DNA from: Chloroflexota bacterium
Lineage (GTDB): Bacteria; Chloroflexota; Chloroflexia; QHBQ01
Assembly (NCBI GenBank): GCA_043754535.1
Contig: JAYUUN010000082.1
Location: forward strand, 1 to 64,000
Direction of reading: 5' to 3'
Length of the DNA stretch: 64,000 bases
Shown here: positions 1 through 10,700 of the stretch, one piece after another
How the letters are laid out: each line of letters begins with the position of its first letter
Position numbering within the stretch: position 1 is the stretch's first letter
Program-made: the position numbers and the translations under genes
Notes under the pieces: model-generated
Databases searched by the model: none
Told to the model about the DNA's origin: nothing
What the model saw: only the letters and a program-made list of their open reading frames with translations

Positions 1-323
1 AGGATCACCACGTTGTCGCCGCTTTCCAGGTGGACGACAAGGTTGGGGTTGGCCGCCAGGTTCTTGCCCTTACGCGAGGCGGGGTCAGCCCCAAAGTAGA
101 GTGCGCCGCCCAGCCACACCCCCCAGACTGGCATGGCGTGCGGCCTGCCATCGGGGTAGGTGCTGCACAGCCAGTAATTGCGGGCGGCGGCCAGTTGCGC
201 GCTGACTTGCGGCCAGCCAAACCTCGTGGGGTCGGGCGGGGTAGCAGGTACCTCGTAGCTGCCAGGCATCTGCGGTCGGTCAGCGGCGGTCGGTTGGGAC
301 GCGGCTGCGGGTTGCTCGATCAT
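1..323 (-). CDS. Pyridoxamine 5'-phosphate oxidase-like (PPOX/split-barrel) family protein, runs off window start
   Basis: Manual translation from ATG at 323 (GGAGG upstream): MIEQPAAASQ...ARNYWLCSTYPDGRPHAMPVWGVW...SRKGKNLAANPNLVVHLESGD; absent from ORF track because truncated. Confidence 0.8.
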   Translation of the reverse strand, partial: MIEQPAAASQPTAADRPQMPGSYEVPATPPDPTRFGWPQVSAQLAAARNYWLCSTYPDGRPHAMPVWGVWLGGALYFGADPASRKGKNLAANPNLVVHLESGDNVVI

Positions 324-415
324 CGGCTAGCCTCCTGTCTTGATTTTCTGCTTCGCGCTCATTATAGCAAAGGGGTGCTGACACTTCCTTTCGACAATAG
401 CGGTAATTTTTGGGC

Positions 416-449
416 AAAAAGAGGAGCGGCTGGAACAATCCCAACCGCT
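416..449 (-). terminator. Intrinsic terminator after tRNA-Leu
   Basis: Minus strand AGCGGTTGG-GATTGTT-CCAGCCGCT followed by CCTCTTTTT. Confidence 0.6.
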
Positions 450-459
450 TGCTACTCTG

Positions 460-545
460 TGGTGCCGAAGGCGGGATTTGAACCCGCACATCCGTAAGGA
501 CACTACGCCCTGAACGTAGCGCGTCTGCCGTTTCGCCACTTCGGC
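460..545 (-). tRNA. tRNA-Leu (anticodon CAG)
   Basis: GCCGAAG acceptor stem, anticodon arm CTACG-TTCAGGG-CGTAG, long variable arm, GGTTCAAATCC T-loop, encoded 3' CCA. Confidence 0.97.
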
Positions 546-623
546 TTGCTGCGTTGTATTATACCGTAACAGGGCGGGTTTGTCAAGGACGAGCGAACCC
601 CTCTGCGGCAACACGCTCTCCAT

Positions 624-1397
624 TCAGGCCCGCCGCGAACCAGCACGCACGGCTGGCAAGAGGGCGTAGAGGCCGAGCGCGACGGCCAGCAGCCCCAGGC
701 CGCCAGTGATAGGGTAGCCGCGCACGCCCGCAACCAGGCCGAACTGAAGCGCGTTCATCGTGTAGAGGAGCGGAGGGAGCCAGGGGTAGCGCGGCTGCTT
801 GGGCCGCCCGATCAGCAGCCCTGCCGCCGCGCCGAGCAGGGTGCCGACGACAGCCCAGGCCACGAAATTGACGGTTGGCACTCCGTAGTAAGGGCCGCCC
901 TCCAACCACCGCCAGAAGCCGGTCAGGTAAACGGCGACTGGCTCGATCAGCAGGTCTAGCAACATGGTCAGCAGGCCAGCAGTAACGGCCAACAGCAATA
1001 GTGGGCGGCCACTCGGCCACTGGCCCAGGATGCTACGCCCTTTGAGGGGTAGCAGGGCAGGGTCGCCCGCTGTCGGGCCAGGTAGGAGCGCAGAGGCGAC
1101 TGCCCACGACCCCAGCACTACTACGATCCAGGCGAAGGGGATTGCCAGCGGCACCGTGTCGGCAATCAGCGGCGCGAGTACGTTGGTGTAGGCATAGCGA
1201 CCAAAGATGCTGCCGCTGCGTACCCCTGCGTACTCTACGCCGAAAGAGGCGGCAAGCACCACGGCGGCGAACAGCAGGCCAATGCCCAGCCCACGGTTAA
1301 TCACCACCCAGCCACTGGCCGCCAGCCCCGCCAGGATCAGTAGGAGGCCACTGACCCACAAGCTGTCGGCCAGCAGTGGCGCGTTGATCACCTGCAT
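624..1397 (-). CDS. Carotenoid biosynthesis membrane protein, CruF-like carotenoid 1,2-hydratase family (start may be CTG at 1475)
   Basis: Multi-TM; motifs EYAGVRSG..FGRYAY, VPLAIPFAW, DLLIEPVAV, WRW, YYGVPTVNFVAW. Confidence 0.8.
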   Translation of the reverse strand: MQVINAPLLADSLWVSGLLLILAGLAASGWVVINRGLGIGLLFAAVVLAASFGVEYAGVRSGSIFGRYAYTNVLAPLIADTVPLAIPFAWIVVVLGSWAVASALLPGPTAGDPALLPLKGRSILGQWPSGRPLLLLAVTAGLLTMLLDLLIEPVAVYLTGFWRWLEGGPYYGVPTVNFVAWAVVGTLLGAAAGLLIGRPKQPRYPWLPPLLYTMNALQFGLVAGVRGYPITGGLGLLAVALGLYALLPAVRAGSRRA

Positions 1398-1471
1398 TAT
1401 CAGTCCAGGGACGTAGACGAAGGCGTAGGCCGCAAAGCAGCCGAGGGTGAGGACGCGGGTAGCGGGCGTGT

Positions 1472-2269
1472 TCAGCTTGCGATCCCCTCACCGCCGTCCA
1501 CACGGATGATGTCACCGGTCAACCAGGTGAGGTCAGGACGACTGAGGGTGGCAATCACGCGGGCCACATCGTCGGGCGTGGTCAGGCGGCCACCAGGGTT
1601 CATCGCCAATGCCTTCTCAACCATCACCTCGCTACCTGGTATCTTGCGTAGGGCGGCGGTGTCGGTTACGCCCGCCTCGACACAGTTAGCGGTCACCCCA
1701 TGCGGGCCAAGCTCCAGGGCAAGCTGGCGGATATGCGACTCCAGGGCGGCTTTGGCAGCAGAGACTGCACCGTAGCTACGGTAGACGCGTCGACCGCCTG
1801 CGCTGGTCATGGCGAAGATATGGCTGCCTTGCAACAGCAAGCCCCGCCGAAACAGGTCTTGTGTCCAGTAAACCAGGCTATGGGCCATCACATCAAGGGT
1901 CATGTCCATGTTCTGCTGGCTGATCGCCTCCTCAGGGTTGGCGGTGATGTAGGGTTTGAGCGTGCCAAAAGCCAACGAGTGCATCAGCACGCCGACGGTG
2001 CCACCTTCTGCGGTGCGCTGCGCCAGTTCGTCCAGCACTATCGCCCGCTTCTCAGCGTTGGCCGCGTTCATGTTGAAGTAGAGGGCTTCCTGCCCCGTTG
2101 CCCTGATGTCAGCGATCACCTGCTCTACGTCGGGCATGGTGCTAGGGCGGTCGAGGTGAACGCCGCAGATATGATAGCCCTCGTGTGCCAGGGTGCGAGC
2201 CGTCGCCGCCCCAAACCCGCTGCTTGCGCCCAGGATCAAGGCCCAGCGCGCCTGCTTCTTCTCGTCCAA
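1472..2269 (-). CDS. Enoyl-ACP reductase-like SDR (FabL/FabI type)
   Basis: GASSGFG Rossmann motif, YGAVSAAKAALE catalytic segment, TGDIIRVDGG C-terminus. Confidence 0.8.
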   Translation of the reverse strand: MDEKKQARWALILGASSGFGAATARTLAHEGYHICGVHLDRPSTMPDVEQVIADIRATGQEALYFNMNAANAEKRAIVLDELAQRTAEGGTVGVLMHSLAFGTLKPYITANPEEAISQQNMDMTLDVMAHSLVYWTQDLFRRGLLLQGSHIFAMTSAGGRRVYRSYGAVSAAKAALESHIRQLALELGPHGVTANCVEAGVTDTAALRKIPGSEVMVEKALAMNPGGRLTTPDDVARVIATLSRPDLTWLTGDIIRVDGGEGIAS

Positions 2270-2430
2270 GTGGTTCCTCCTTCAGCGCAGGCCGCAGCCT
2301 GCCCGTGTGCCGAGTCTAGCACGAGCCTGCTGGCTTGTCAAGCAGTTTGGACAGGCAGCAGCAGGACGAATTGTGGTACAATGACAAACAACTTTTGGTT
2401 AGTTGCCAAGCAAAGGGAGCCAGTTAACCC

Positions 2431-3807
2431 ATGGGTAGGATTATTGATGTAGCAGATGGTAGCCTGATCATCCTCGCTGGGCCGAGCGGCAGCGGCAAGT
2501 CTACCTTCGCCCGCCGCTTCTTTGTAGAGACGGCTATTGTCTCCTCCGACCGTTGCCGAGCGATGCTCTCCGACAGCGAAAGCAATCAGGCGGTCAGCGG
2601 CCTCGCCTTCAGCCTGTTCTACGACATCATAGACAAGCGTCTCAGCCTGGGGCGCACAACGGTGGCAGACAGCACCGCCCTCAATCCCACCTACCGGGCG
2701 ACATTGCGCGATATTGCGCTACGGCACAACGCCCCTGTGGTGGTGGTTGCCTTCGACCTGCCAGAGACGACCCTGAATCAGCATGACCGCACCCGCGAAG
2801 GGCGCAGCGTTGGTAGTATGGTGATCGCTCGTCAGGTAGAGAGCTTCCACCACTCGCTGGCCGCCCTTGAGGGGGAGGGTATGGACGCTGCCTACGTGAT
2901 CGGCCCTGGCGAACTGGACAGCACCGAACTGCGCGTCGTCCATGATGAGGTTGATGAGGGCGGTTCCTTCGACTTCATCGGTGATGTGCATGGCTGCGCC
3001 GACGAACTAGAAGCCTTGCTTGGCAGGCTCGGCTACCAACCGACTGCCTACCTGACCTGGGTTCACCCGCTGGGCAGGCGGGCCGTCTTCCTCGGCGATC
3101 TGACAGACAGGGGGCCGCGCAATCTCGATGTACTCCTTATCGTGCAGAACATGGTGGCGGCGGGCAGCGCGCTCTACACCCCTGGTAACCACTGTAACAA
3201 GCTGATGCGGTGGCTGATGGGCCGCAAAGTGCGGATAGGCTATGGCCTGGATGTGACCATTGCCGAGTTCGATGCACTGCCGCCCGCCGAGCGCGAACAG
3301 ACGCGCCAGGCCACGATCAGCCTGGTACGTGACGCTCCCTCCTACCTGATCCTCGACGGCGGCAAGATAGTTGCCAGTCATGGTGGCATCAAGGAGCATA
3401 TGGTGGGCCGCTACGACGGTGATGTGATCTCCATGTGTCTCTACGGCGATACCACAGGGGAGACCCTGCCTAACGGCCTGCCCGTGCGCCGCGATTGGGC
3501 GGCAGAGTACCACGGCTGGCGGTTCGTCGTCTACGGCCACACGCCAGTCCGCGTGCCAGAGATTCGTAACCAGACGATCAATATTGACCAGGGCTGCGTC
3601 TTCGGTGGCTGGCTAACCTCCTTCCGCTGGCCGGAGCGGGAGATAGTGCAGGAGCCAGCCCGACGCATCTACTACGCCAACAATGCAGCCGACCTCGGTC
3701 AGGAGGAACGCTTCGGCCCCCTGGCACGGTTAGCTCTCGTTACTGGAAGGGTAGTCGCAAAAAGCACAGCCCCCCAGGTGCAGAGGAGCTGCTTGGTGGC
3801 TGACTAG
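2431..3807 (+). CDS. Polynucleotide kinase-phosphatase (Pnkp kinase + metallophosphoesterase; no ligase domain)
   Basis: P-loop GPSGSGKST with SSDxCR; calcineurin-like motifs GDVHGC, GDLTDRG, GNH, HGG, GHTP, IDQGC. Confidence 0.85.
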   Translation: MGRIIDVADGSLIILAGPSGSGKSTFARRFFVETAIVSSDRCRAMLSDSESNQAVSGLAFSLFYDIIDKRLSLGRTTVADSTALNPTYRATLRDIALRHNAPVVVVAFDLPETTLNQHDRTREGRSVGSMVIARQVESFHHSLAALEGEGMDAAYVIGPGELDSTELRVVHDEVDEGGSFDFIGDVHGCADELEALLGRLGYQPTAYLTWVHPLGRRAVFLGDLTDRGPRNLDVLLIVQNMVAAGSALYTPGNHCNKLMRWLMGRKVRIGYGLDVTIAEFDALPPAEREQTRQATISLVRDAPSYLILDGGKIVASHGGIKEHMVGRYDGDVISMCLYGDTTGETLPNGLPVRRDWAAEYHGWRFVVYGHTPVRVPEIRNQTINIDQGCVFGGWLTSFRWPEREIVQEPARRIYYANNAADLGQEERFGPLARLALVTGRVVAKSTAPQVQRSCLVAD

Positions 3808-4361
3808 CGGGCGGGGGTACTCGTCGGTAGGGGGCCACTGGCGTAGTCTACGCGCACGACGGTATGTAGCTTGCCCTTGCTGATCAGGATGTTGATGATT
3901 GCCGAGCCACCCTGTTTGCTAAACTGCATTATGTTGAGGCTGCTATTACCTGCCTGCCAGCCCTGGGTGGTTAGAGTCTGGCTATACCAATCATGGACAG
4001 TCTGTGCGTCGTCGTTGGTGGTAAAGTTGACACCCACGACGGTGGCGTACTTCTCGCGCAGCATCGAGTTACCGCCCAGCGAACTGAGCTTGTCGAGGGC
4101 CAGCACGTGGTTGTAGGCTGGCACTTCGCCGACTGCACTGCTGGTTGCCATCTCGCCAGGGCCGATCGTCTCAAGCACGACCATCACCTGCGGCGTGCCG
4201 CTGCGAACTCCTACGGGGCCGTCTGGCCCCATCGTCAAGCTGCCCGGCCCGCTGGAGGCACGGGGGACTGTGGGCGCAGGGGCGGGAGCGGGGCTGCCAT
4301 TGTCACAGGCCAGCAGCAGGAGCAGCAGGCTGACAGCGCACAGAGTCGCTAGCTTGTTCAC
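3804..4361 (-). CDS. Putative lipoprotein
   Basis: Signal peptide ending LLAC (lipobox), Pro-rich linker, small alpha/beta domain. Confidence 0.7.
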   Translation of the reverse strand: MNKLATLCAVSLLLLLLACDNGSPAPAPAPTVPRASSGPGSLTMGPDGPVGVRSGTPQVMVVLETIGPGEMATSSAVGEVPAYNHVLALDKLSSLGGNSMLREKYATVVGVNFTTNDDAQTVHDWYSQTLTTQGWQAGNSSLNIMQFSKQGGSAIINILISKGKLHTVVRVDYASGPLPTSTPAR

Positions 4362-4642
4362 TGGCCCAACTTCCAGCGGCTCTGGGCATCCTTCTCCCAG
4401 TTGGCACCACGGAACTCGTCGCCCAGCTTCTTGAGCAGGATGTAGTTACCGTAGGGGCCATAGAACTGCACGTAGCCGCGTTTTGCCATTTCGATAGTGG
4501 CCTTTGTCACCTCGGCGACGGTGTAGCCACCTGGCACTTCGATGATCTCGCTGCCAGGGACGAACTCGCCCATGTTCCGCAGGCGGATAACAAGGGCGCG
4601 CTTGGTCGCCTCAACCAGTGCTTCTTCAAGTTGCAGAGCCAA
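4358..4642 (-). CDS. Hypothetical protein (~94 aa)
   Basis: GGAGG RBS before TTG at 4642; overlaps downstream lipoprotein start by 4 nt. Confidence 0.6.
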   Translation of the reverse strand: MALQLEEALVEATKRALVIRLRNMGEFVPGSEIIEVPGGYTVAEVTKATIEMAKRGYVQFYGPYGNYILLKKLGDEFRGANWEKDAQSRWKLGQ

Positions 4643-4740
4643 AGCTAATCCTCCACAAGAGTCTGTGTAATCAGTCACGATCTGCCGCAATTATAACATA
4701 TTACGGGCCACGCTGGGCGGTGGATGTGGCTGGCCGGGGC

Positions 4741-4772
4741 AAAAGGAGGAGGCGTGCTGGTGGCACGCCCCC
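4741..4772 (-). terminator. Intrinsic terminator after A2M gene
   Basis: Minus strand GGGGCGTGC-CACCA-GCACGCCTC followed by CTCCTTTT. Confidence 0.6.
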
Positions 4773-4792
4773 GATTGTTGCTGGCGAGTAGC

Positions 4793-7700
4793 TTACTTGC
4801 TGATCGTGAACTGGCCGCCGTCGCTGCGCCCGAAGGTCGAGGGGGCGTAGAGCAGGTAGGCGCGGGCGGGTAGCGCGAAGTAGGTGCCGGGGGTGGTAGC
4901 CCGCATCGAGTATTCGTATTGATAGGTGCCAGCGGGCAGGAAAGTGGCAAAGTAGACGACTTTATCATCCTTCACCTGGCTGCCATCGTAGCTGCGACAG
5001 TAGTCTACTGGCCTGCTACCCTGAGCCGCAGGGCCAAAGCAGCCACCATCGCTACCACTGCCCACCGAGCGGGTAGTATTCAGGTCGGGGTTGAGGGCTT
5101 CAAAGCCAGCCGGTAGCGGGTCTTCGAGGGTCACATAGTAGCTGTCCTGCGGCACGGTCAGGTTGAGGCGTACGCGCACGATGTTGCTGGCGGCAGTAGT
5201 GCTGACCACCTGGCTGTTGGAGGCTTCGGGGTAGTAGGCGCGGCTAACCCCCAGCCCGTTGCTGCGCGCCACCAGCCCAGCGGCGGGTTCGTAGTAACTG
5301 AGGCTGAGGGAGTAGTACATCGCGCCCTCCTGCTTGTCACGGCTGAGGAGGATGGTGTTGCCAGCGTTGACTAGCATATCGCTGATCTTGACCTCTAGCT
5401 GCTGAGTCGCGGTCAGGTTGCTGCTGCTGAAGCTACCACTGCTGCGTGGCTTATCATTGAGGGTAATGGTGTAGTTGTAGTTGGCGGCTAGCTCCTTCTT
5501 TACCGCCACGTAGCGGGCGAGGGCGCGGATCACTTGGCTGCTAGCCTGGGTGGACGACCAGTGGCTGCCTTCGCTACGGTGCTGCATTAGCCAGCGTACG
5601 GCCTGGGTCGCCAGTTGGTCTTCGGGGCTGACCACCAGGATGGCCCGAATTGCCATAGCTGTGCTGCGCTCGTCGCTGTCCATGTTGAGATAGTAGTAGC
5701 GGCTGGCGGTATCATCCTCCCAGTGCGCGGTGTCGCTTTGCAGCTTGGCCGCAGCAGTGAGGGTGGCGAGGGCGGCCTTCGCCCGATCCATCTCCTTCGC
5801 CCGCACCAGGCCAATCACCAGGTTAGCGCGGCCAAAGGTGTTGAGCTGGTCGCTTGCACTCTCGGCAAGTTGGTTGAGCCGCCCTACGTCCTTGCCGTCC
5901 ACCAGCAACAAGGTGCTGAGGATGTAGGCACGGCTGTTGAGGTCGCCCACGCCGTAGATGTCGGGGCTGTCCTTCGTGCTGGCCTTCGCGTCCAGGCTGT
6001 CGCGCAGGTACTTGACAGCCCGATCTAGCACGCCCTGGTCAACAGTATAGCCGTGCGACTTGGCGGTGAGTAGCCCTTCTAGGGCGTAGGCGGTGAGGAA
6101 GGGGTAAGAGGGTGAGTAGTTCTCCTCCTCCCACATCCCCCAGCCCCCATCCTGGTGTTGCAGGGCGTAGAGGCGTTGCACCCAGAGGCCCATACCATCG
6201 CTCAACACCTTGTCGTAGGGGCCAGCCTGCCCAGCATCCTTGAAGGTGTCCTGGATGGTGAGCAGGGGTAGGAAGCGGCTGACCGTCTGCTCAGTCGAGT
6301 CGTAGGGATAGTAGATCGTGTAGTCTGCGCCGTCCAACGCACTCCCCGCGAGGCTGGCGTTGACCGTCGCCTTGAGCGACCCGATGCTGGTGTCGATGCC
6401 AAAGGGGATGAAGACGGTACGGCTGATCTCGCTGCTGATCTCGCCAGAGTCGGCGGTCACTTCACCGCTAACGAAGGGATTGATCGGGATCACCACTTGC
6501 AGTGCGTCGCTCGGCCCATTGTTCTGGCTGCGAGCAATCAGGGTGAAGCCAGCAGAGCGCGTGTCAGTTGCCTTTACCGCCCATTCCAGCTTGGTTTCGC
6601 CGCCTGCGGGGACGCGTACCTGCTGGCTGGCCGTCTGTTGCTTGTTGTCGCCGCTGCTAGTCATGCCACTGGTGCCATCGGCAAAGGTAGTGCCGGTGAT
6701 TTGCAAGCTAGCATCCACCGTTAGTTCGCTAGTCGTCGAGTTGCGGATGATCATCCCCGGCTGGGCAATGTCGCCCACGGTGAGGAAGCGAGGTAGCACC
6801 GGGCGCACCAGCAGCGGCTTGGTAACGAGGATTTCGTTCTGGGCCTCACCGACGAGCGTATCGCCGCCTACGCCTCTGACTGTAGTTCGCCAGGTAGTCA
6901 GGTTGTCGGGCAGCTTGAAGCTGACCTTTGCTTCGCCACTAGCGTCAGTGGCAACGGTGCCTTGCCAGTAAGCGGTATCTTGCAGATTGGTGCGGACAGT
7001 AGTGGAGGCTTCGCCGCCCCCGCCGCCCTTCGCCCCGCCCCCGCCAGAGGCTAGTGCAGCCTGCGCCGACGGTGCAGCATAGCGGTCATAGGCAGTGTTT
7101 TGCGCCCGCAAGATTGCCAGGCTGCTGCTGGTATTGATGCTCAGTTGGCGCAGGCCGTAGAAGGCTGTGAGCATATCGCCACTGGTGTCGTCAGCCAGGC
7201 TGAAGATCGCCTTGTCCACCACAGCTAGCGAGAGGTCGGCTGTTACTGGCTTGCCATCCTTGTCGCTAGTCTTGACAGTGTAGGTCACTGGCTGACCAGG
7301 TTCATACTGCTGCTTGTCGGGGGTGAGAGCAATCTTGAGCGACTTGAGTGCGCTGTCCAATCGCAATTCAACGTAGCCCTGCTTGAAGGTGGGGGCTTCC
7401 CCGCCATCGGCTAGCGAGTTGACCAGAGTGAGCGAGACGAATAGGTTGGGTACGCTGTCGGCAGGCAGCGGCACTTCCAACACTGTGCTGTTGTTGGTCA
7501 GGCGCACGACGCGAGTGGTGCGGATGGTGCCGCGTTCGGTGGTCAGCAGCGCAGTTGCACTGGTGTAGGGCGAAGTGACCAGGATTTTGGCCGTGTCGCC
7601 AACGTTGTACATCTTCTTGTCGTTGACCAGGGTCACGCGGTTGCTATTATCGCGCTGCCAGGAGACAGAGCCGCCATCGCCTGCGCTAGCGTAGACATAG

Positions 7701-10700
7701 GTCGCACTGCTCACCTCGTTGCCAGCGGCATCGCGCACTAGTGCCTTGACTACGTACTCGCCGCCGTTCTTGACCGTGAACTGGTGGCTGCCCTTGCCGC
7801 TGCCGTCAGTGCCGACCGTCAACTGCTCGATCTGGGTGTCCTTCGGCTTGTAGACGTACTGGCTAACCCCCTGCTCGTCCTTCTCCTGGCTGTTCTCGTA
7901 GGTGCGACTGGCGAGGGTAAGCTGCACCTGCTGGTTGCCCGCCTTCTTGCCCGCCGTGTCTACCGTCTGGATCGTGATGCTGAACGGTTGGTTGAGGCTG
8001 GCAATGTAGGTGTCTGAGCGCAGGCCAACATAGACTGCCCCCTTGTGGACAGTAACCAGATCGCTGCTGGTCACTTCCTGGTTGCTGCTATCAGTGATTG
8101 AGGACTCGATGTTGTACAACTGGCTGACCGGCACCTGGCTGAGGTCGGCCTTCGTCTCAAAAGCCACCTTGCCGCTTGCGTCAGTGCTGAAGTTGCGGGC
8201 GGCGATCTGGTTGCCGCTGCTGCCCTGACGGCGGGCGTATAGCGCGTCGTAGTCGTTGAAGTCGTAGCTGTCGCCAGTGTCAGGGTCGCTCCAACTAAAG
8301 TAGTAGTCGCTGGCCGTAACCCGCGTTGTCACCTTCGCGCCTTTGACCGGGCCGCCAAAGAAGTAGCCCGCCGTCACGGTGCTGCGGATCGTGTCGCCAT
8401 TGAGGTAGTCGCGCTTGTCGTTCTTGACCGTTACCTCGTACTCTGGCTTGCGGTATTCCTGCACGCTGAAGTTGTAGTAGTATTCCTGCTGACGGGTGCT
8501 GCCGATGGCACTGCTATCCTGCACTTGCAGGCGGGCCACATAGTAGCCCAGCTTCGCGTCTTTGCCGAGAGTCACCTTACCCTCCCACGTCCCTTGTGGG
8601 CTGAGGGCGATGGTCTGGCTGTATACGTCGTTGTTGCCGTCGTTGACGAACATCTTGGCCGTGACACCCTGGGGTAGGCTATACACTGCGTCGTTGTCAA
8701 GTCGCAGAATTGCCTTAAGGTCTACATCCTGGTTGGGGCGGTAGATCGGACGGTCGGAGTAGACGTAGGCGTTGTACTTGCCGCTGTTAGAGTGGTAGGG
8801 GTACTTGCTGCCGAGATCCCAGCGGTAGAGGACAAACTCGCTGCTGTTCAGCCCCTCGTTCCAGAAGCTGCTAACTGCCGCCATGTCGCCGCCGCCTTCA
8901 CTGATCGCCACCAATCCACCGTAGGACTGGATTTCTTCGGCCTGCAACTGGAAGATGCCATCCTGGTCGGTGCTGCCACCCCCGATCTGCTTGGGCTGGG
9001 GGTTGTTCTGGTCAGCCGGGCGATAGAAGGCGATGGGTAGACCAGCAGTCGGCTTGCCCGTATTCTGGTTGACCGCCCAGACGAGAGCCTGGCCGTTGCT
9101 TATCTTCATCGTCAGGGCGTTATTGCTGACCACAATCAGCAGGCGATCCTGGAGCGGGCTGCCACTGCTATCCTTCGGCACCGGCACAAGGGAGTCGGCG
9201 GGGTTGACGTTGACGGTGAACAGGTAGAAACCAGGCGGGAGGCGGTCGGCCTTGCCATCGAGCGAGAGGGTGAGTTTCGCTGCCTTGCCCTTGTTCAGTT
9301 CGGCGGCTACTGGCTGGCTCCAGCTACGTACCGGCTTGAGGTCTGAGGCCGCGTTGTCTACGGAGTAGTTGATGATGCGGCTGCTCATCTGCGCGCCGTT
9401 CAACTGGTAGAGGGTGTAGTTAAGCTTCTTGACGTTGACGCTGCCGACATAAATGCTGGTCGGCTGGCCTGCATTGAAGCTAGCCTTCTCTGTCGCGCCG
9501 AGGATGTTGGTGGCAGGCGGTGAGGCGGGCGTGGTGCCGCTCTGGTTGAATGGGGTCTGCAACCGCTGCCCAGCCACGTCTACAATGTCGCCACTGAGGG
9601 TGAGGCTGTATTTGGTCGAGGGGTCTAGCCGCGAGGAAATCTGGAAGTAATCGGCCCCATAATCGCCCGTGCCATAGATGCTGGTAGACGAGTAGGGGAG
9701 GCCAGGGCTGACCTGGAAGTTGCCTTTGATGGTGCGTGGGCGAACCGGGTTGTTGAAGTCAACACGGATGCCACCGAGCGAGAAGTCTACATTGGTCACT
9801 TGCAGAGGTGGGAAGGTGCGGAACTGCCACTGCTTGGCGGTGGTCAGCCCTTGCCCGCCACCGACTGCCTTTGCACTGGTGGCAATGCCGACAGTGTAGG
9901 TCGTATTCAGGGTGAGCGAGACGGAAGGGGTGAAGGTCATAACTTCGCTGCTGCCTACCCCTGGCCCCCAGGCGAAGCCACCAGGTGAGCTAGGGCTGAG
10001 GCTGAAGGCAGCCTCGGTGCTGGGGTGATCCATAGGCTGGTTGAAGACGGCGATCACTGGTGCGGCGGCAGTCACGTTGCCAGAGTAGCTGGTGCCGGGG
10101 CCACCGTAGCCCGACTGTGAATAGCTGCTCTGGTCAGTTGGGGGGTAGTAATCGGGGTTGTTGTCGTCGGCAGAGGTGCTGCTGGGATAGTAGTAGACGA
10201 CGCGAGGGCTGGCGGTCTTGAAGCTGAAGGTGTAATCGGCGGCGAGGCCAGCACCGTCGATGTCGGTTAGCTGGCGACCAACGGTGACGCGGTAAGTGGC
10301 TCCACCCTGCAAACCGTTCTTTGGCTGGAAGACAAGATTGCTGGTGCCAAGCCAGAGGAACTGGCCCTCGGTGGGCGGCTCGATCAGTATCTTGCCGTTG
10401 GGGTCTTGCTGCTGGTTGAGGGTAGTAAGCGGGACCATCTGCAAGTCAAATTGCAGGCTGAGGCTAGCATCCAGCGGCACATTGGTGGCGTTGTTGGCGG
10501 GGCCGCTGCGGATCACCTGCGGCAGGCCAACGGTGCGGAAGTCGCGCTGCTGGCCGGGGTTGAGGACGGCAGCGGCAATAATGTTCTTCGCGCCGTCACC
10601 AATACTAACCTTATAGGCGGTGCTGCGGGCGAAGCCTGCGCCCCTGGGAGTGAACAGCATCGTCTCGACCCCACCGAGGCCAGTACGCCACTCGTAGTCG

